Part shown: positions 46,952 through 48,936 of the stretch, one piece after another
How the letters are laid out: every line of letters starts with the position of its first letter
Position numbering within the stretch: position 1 is the first letter of the stretch
From: Candidatus Doudnabacteria bacterium
GTDB lineage: Bacteria > Patescibacteriota > Doudnabacteria > UBA920
Reading direction: 5' to 3'
Assembly: GCA_903908535.1 (NCBI GenBank)
Contig: CAIVSE010000077.1
Coordinates: forward strand, 1 to 48,936
Length of the DNA stretch: 48,936 bases
Notes under the pieces: model-generated
What the model saw: the letters and a program-made list of their open reading frames with translations, nothing else
Told to the model about the DNA's origin: nothing
The model's database searches: none
Translations under genes and position numbers: made by a program

Positions 46952-47938
46952 ATGTCAAAGAATTTTTGGAAAAACCTAAAAAGGCCCATTTTTGCCCTGG
47001 CGCCAATGGAAGATGTTACGGACTGCGCCTTTCGCGAAATGTTCACAAAATACGGCAAACCGGACGTCATATATACGGAATTTGTGTCTACAGAAGGCTT
47101 AATGCATCCTGAAGGCCGTAAAAAACTGGCTATAGACTTAAAGTTTACGCAAATCCAGAGGCCAATGGTGGCGCAAATTTGGGGCGCCAACCCGGACAAG
47201 TTTCGGGCGGTTGCGGAATATATTGCGTCTTTAGGTTTTGACGGTATAGACATTAATATGGGCTGTCCGCAGTCCAAGGAAATCCAGGTCGGCGCCTGCG
47301 CGGCTTTAATACGCGACCATGATTTAGCGGTAAAAATAATTAAGGCTACGCAAAAAGGCGCTGGTGGTTTGCCGGTTTCTGTTAAGACCAGACTGGGTTA
47401 TAGCAAGCTGGATGAAATGGAAGATTGGGTCAAATGTTTATTAGGTACCGGCATTGCGGAACTGACCCTGCACGCGCGTACCAAGCAGGAAATGTCCAAA
47501 GTCCCGGCGCATTGGGATAAAATTGCCGAAGCGGTAAAAATCCGCGACTCCGTAAAATCAGAAACCCTAATTTTAGGCAACGGAGATGTGTTATCGCGAC
47601 AGGATAGTTTGGATAAAATTGCAATGACCGGCGCGGATGGGGTAATGATAGGTCGCGCGGCATTTGGGAATCCCTGGTTATTTAGGGAAGATGGTTATCA
47701 ACCATCGGTCAAGGAACGTTTGACCGTAATGTTGGAACACGCCGAGCTGTTTGAACAAATGTTTGCTGGCATCAAAAATTTTGCCATTATGAAAAAACAT
47801 TTTAAAGCTTATGCCGGCGGTTTTGACGGCGCCGCGGAATTAAGGCAACAATTAATGGAAAGTAAGGATTTAGAGGAAACAAAAATTATTGTAGAAAAGT
47901 TCTTAGCGGGCCACGGGGAGACTTTTTTGACAAATTAA
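46952..47938 (+). CDS. dus: tRNA-dihydrouridine synthase
   Basis: LAPMEDVTD, DINMGCP, VSVKTRLG, LHART, NGD, GVMIGR. Confidence 0.95.
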   Translation: MSKNFWKNLKRPIFALAPMEDVTDCAFREMFTKYGKPDVIYTEFVSTEGLMHPEGRKKLAIDLKFTQIQRPMVAQIWGANPDKFRAVAEYIASLGFDGIDINMGCPQSKEIQVGACAALIRDHDLAVKIIKATQKGAGGLPVSVKTRLGYSKLDEMEDWVKCLLGTGIAELTLHARTKQEMSKVPAHWDKIAEAVKIRDSVKSETLILGNGDVLSRQDSLDKIAMTGADGVMIGRAAFGNPWLFREDGYQPSVKERLTVMLEHAELFEQMFAGIKNFAIMKKHFKAYAGGFDGAAELRQQLMESKDLEETKIIVEKFLAGHGETFLTN

Positions 47939-48050
47939 CAACCCTTAGGTGTAATAAAGGTTTTGTCCACCAATCATCCACTCCCTATCCCCTTTTATAG
48001 GTTTTTCCGCCCTATTTTTATCTGTCTTTTTTTGCTAGAATACATATACT

Positions 48051-48936
48051 ATGGCAGATAACTTACAACGTCTCCCGCCACAAAATCTGGAAGCCGAAGC
48101 CTCGGTTTTAGGCTGCCTGCTTTTGGACAAAGACGCCCTTATAAAAGTTGCGGATTTAATTACCGCGGATGATTTTTACGACCCTAAAAACCAGATAGTT
48201 TACCAGGCCATCATCAGCCTGTTTGAAAAAAATTCGGCCATAGATTTATTGACCATGACCAACTGGCTGGAAGAAAAACAGCTGATGGAAAAAGTCGGCG
48301 GCTCATCTTATTTAACCTCCCTGGTTAACGCCGTGCCCACGGCTGCTCATGTAGTCAACTACGCGCTGATTGTCCGCAAAAAAGGCAGTCTGCGCCGGCT
48401 AATCGCCACGGCTAACGACATCAATAACATTGCCTATAAAGAAGACGGCGACATAGAGACTATTTTGGATGAAGCGGAGCAAAAACTGTTCGGCGTGTCG
48501 CAAAAGCATTTAAAGCAGAATTTTATCCCCATTACCTCGGTATTGCAGGAAACTTTTGAGCGTATTGACCAATTGCATAAAGACAAGGGTGCGCTACGGG
48601 GGCTGTCCACCGGTTTTGTGGATTTGGATCAGCGCCTGGGAGGCTTGCAAAAGTCTGATTTGATAATTTTAGCGGCCCGGCCTTCCATGGGCAAAACGGC
48701 TTTGGCTCTGGATGTTGTGCGACACGTGGGCGTGGACATGAAGGTGCCGGTGGGTATATTTTCCCTGGAAATGAGCAAAGACCAATTGGTAGACCGCCTA
48801 CTGTCCAGCCAGGCCGAGGTGGACTTGTGGAAAATCCGCACCGGGCATTTAAACGATGATGACTTTGAACGTATTGGCCAGGCTATGGGTGTGCTTTCTG
48901 AAGCGCCAATTTTTATAGATGACAGCGCCGGCAGCA
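48051..48936 (+). CDS. dnaB: Replicative helicase DnaB, 3'-truncated by window
   Basis: Not in ORF track (no stop): MADNLQRLPPQNLEAEASVLG..., GGLQKSDLIILAARPSMGKT, FSLEMS. Confidence 0.97.
   Translation, partial: MADNLQRLPPQNLEAEASVLGCLLLDKDALIKVADLITADDFYDPKNQIVYQAIISLFEKNSAIDLLTMTNWLEEKQLMEKVGGSSYLTSLVNAVPTAAHVVNYALIVRKKGSLRRLIATANDINNIAYKEDGDIETILDEAEQKLFGVSQKHLKQNFIPITSVLQETFERIDQLHKDKGALRGLSTGFVDLDQRLGGLQKSDLIILAARPSMGKTALALDVVRHVGVDMKVPVGIFSLEMSKDQLVDRLLSSQAEVDLWKIRTGHLNDDDFERIGQAMGVLSEAPIFIDDSAGS

Noticed and set aside
574-48841. Numerous antisense and alternate-frame ORFs in the track
   Set aside because: They are shadows of well-supported genes and have no recognisable motifs.

Overview
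Chromosomal window of a small-genome bacterium, most likely Patescibacteria/CPR (inferred from gene content and Doudnabacteria-like surface-protein repeats). The right two-thirds is mostly housekeeping: tsf, rpsB, rpmE, prfA-prmC, rplY, rodA, dnaE, thrS, map, two adk-like genes, a Kef-type antiporter, cysS, dus and a truncated dnaB. The main result is a ~13.6-kb island (4292-17886) with three tyrosine recombinases. It inserted into the 7-nt anticodon loop of tRNA-Thr(GGU) and left the host gene as two separated halves instead of rebuilding it. It carries its own complete tRNA-Thr(GGU), which is interrupted inside that same 7-nt core by a 209-nt group I intron. Island cargo includes a SIR2-like / TM-NERD / PD-(D/E)XK operon, a HEPN-like gene, paired Ig-like surface proteins and large structured non-coding regions. 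A possible second tRNA-replacement scar lies at the left window edge. A Ro60/TROVE gene is preceded by about 0.9 kb of structured RNA with at least three Y-RNA-like units, with a divergent ~470-nt unknown RNA next to it. All structures were read by eye and no database searches were run.
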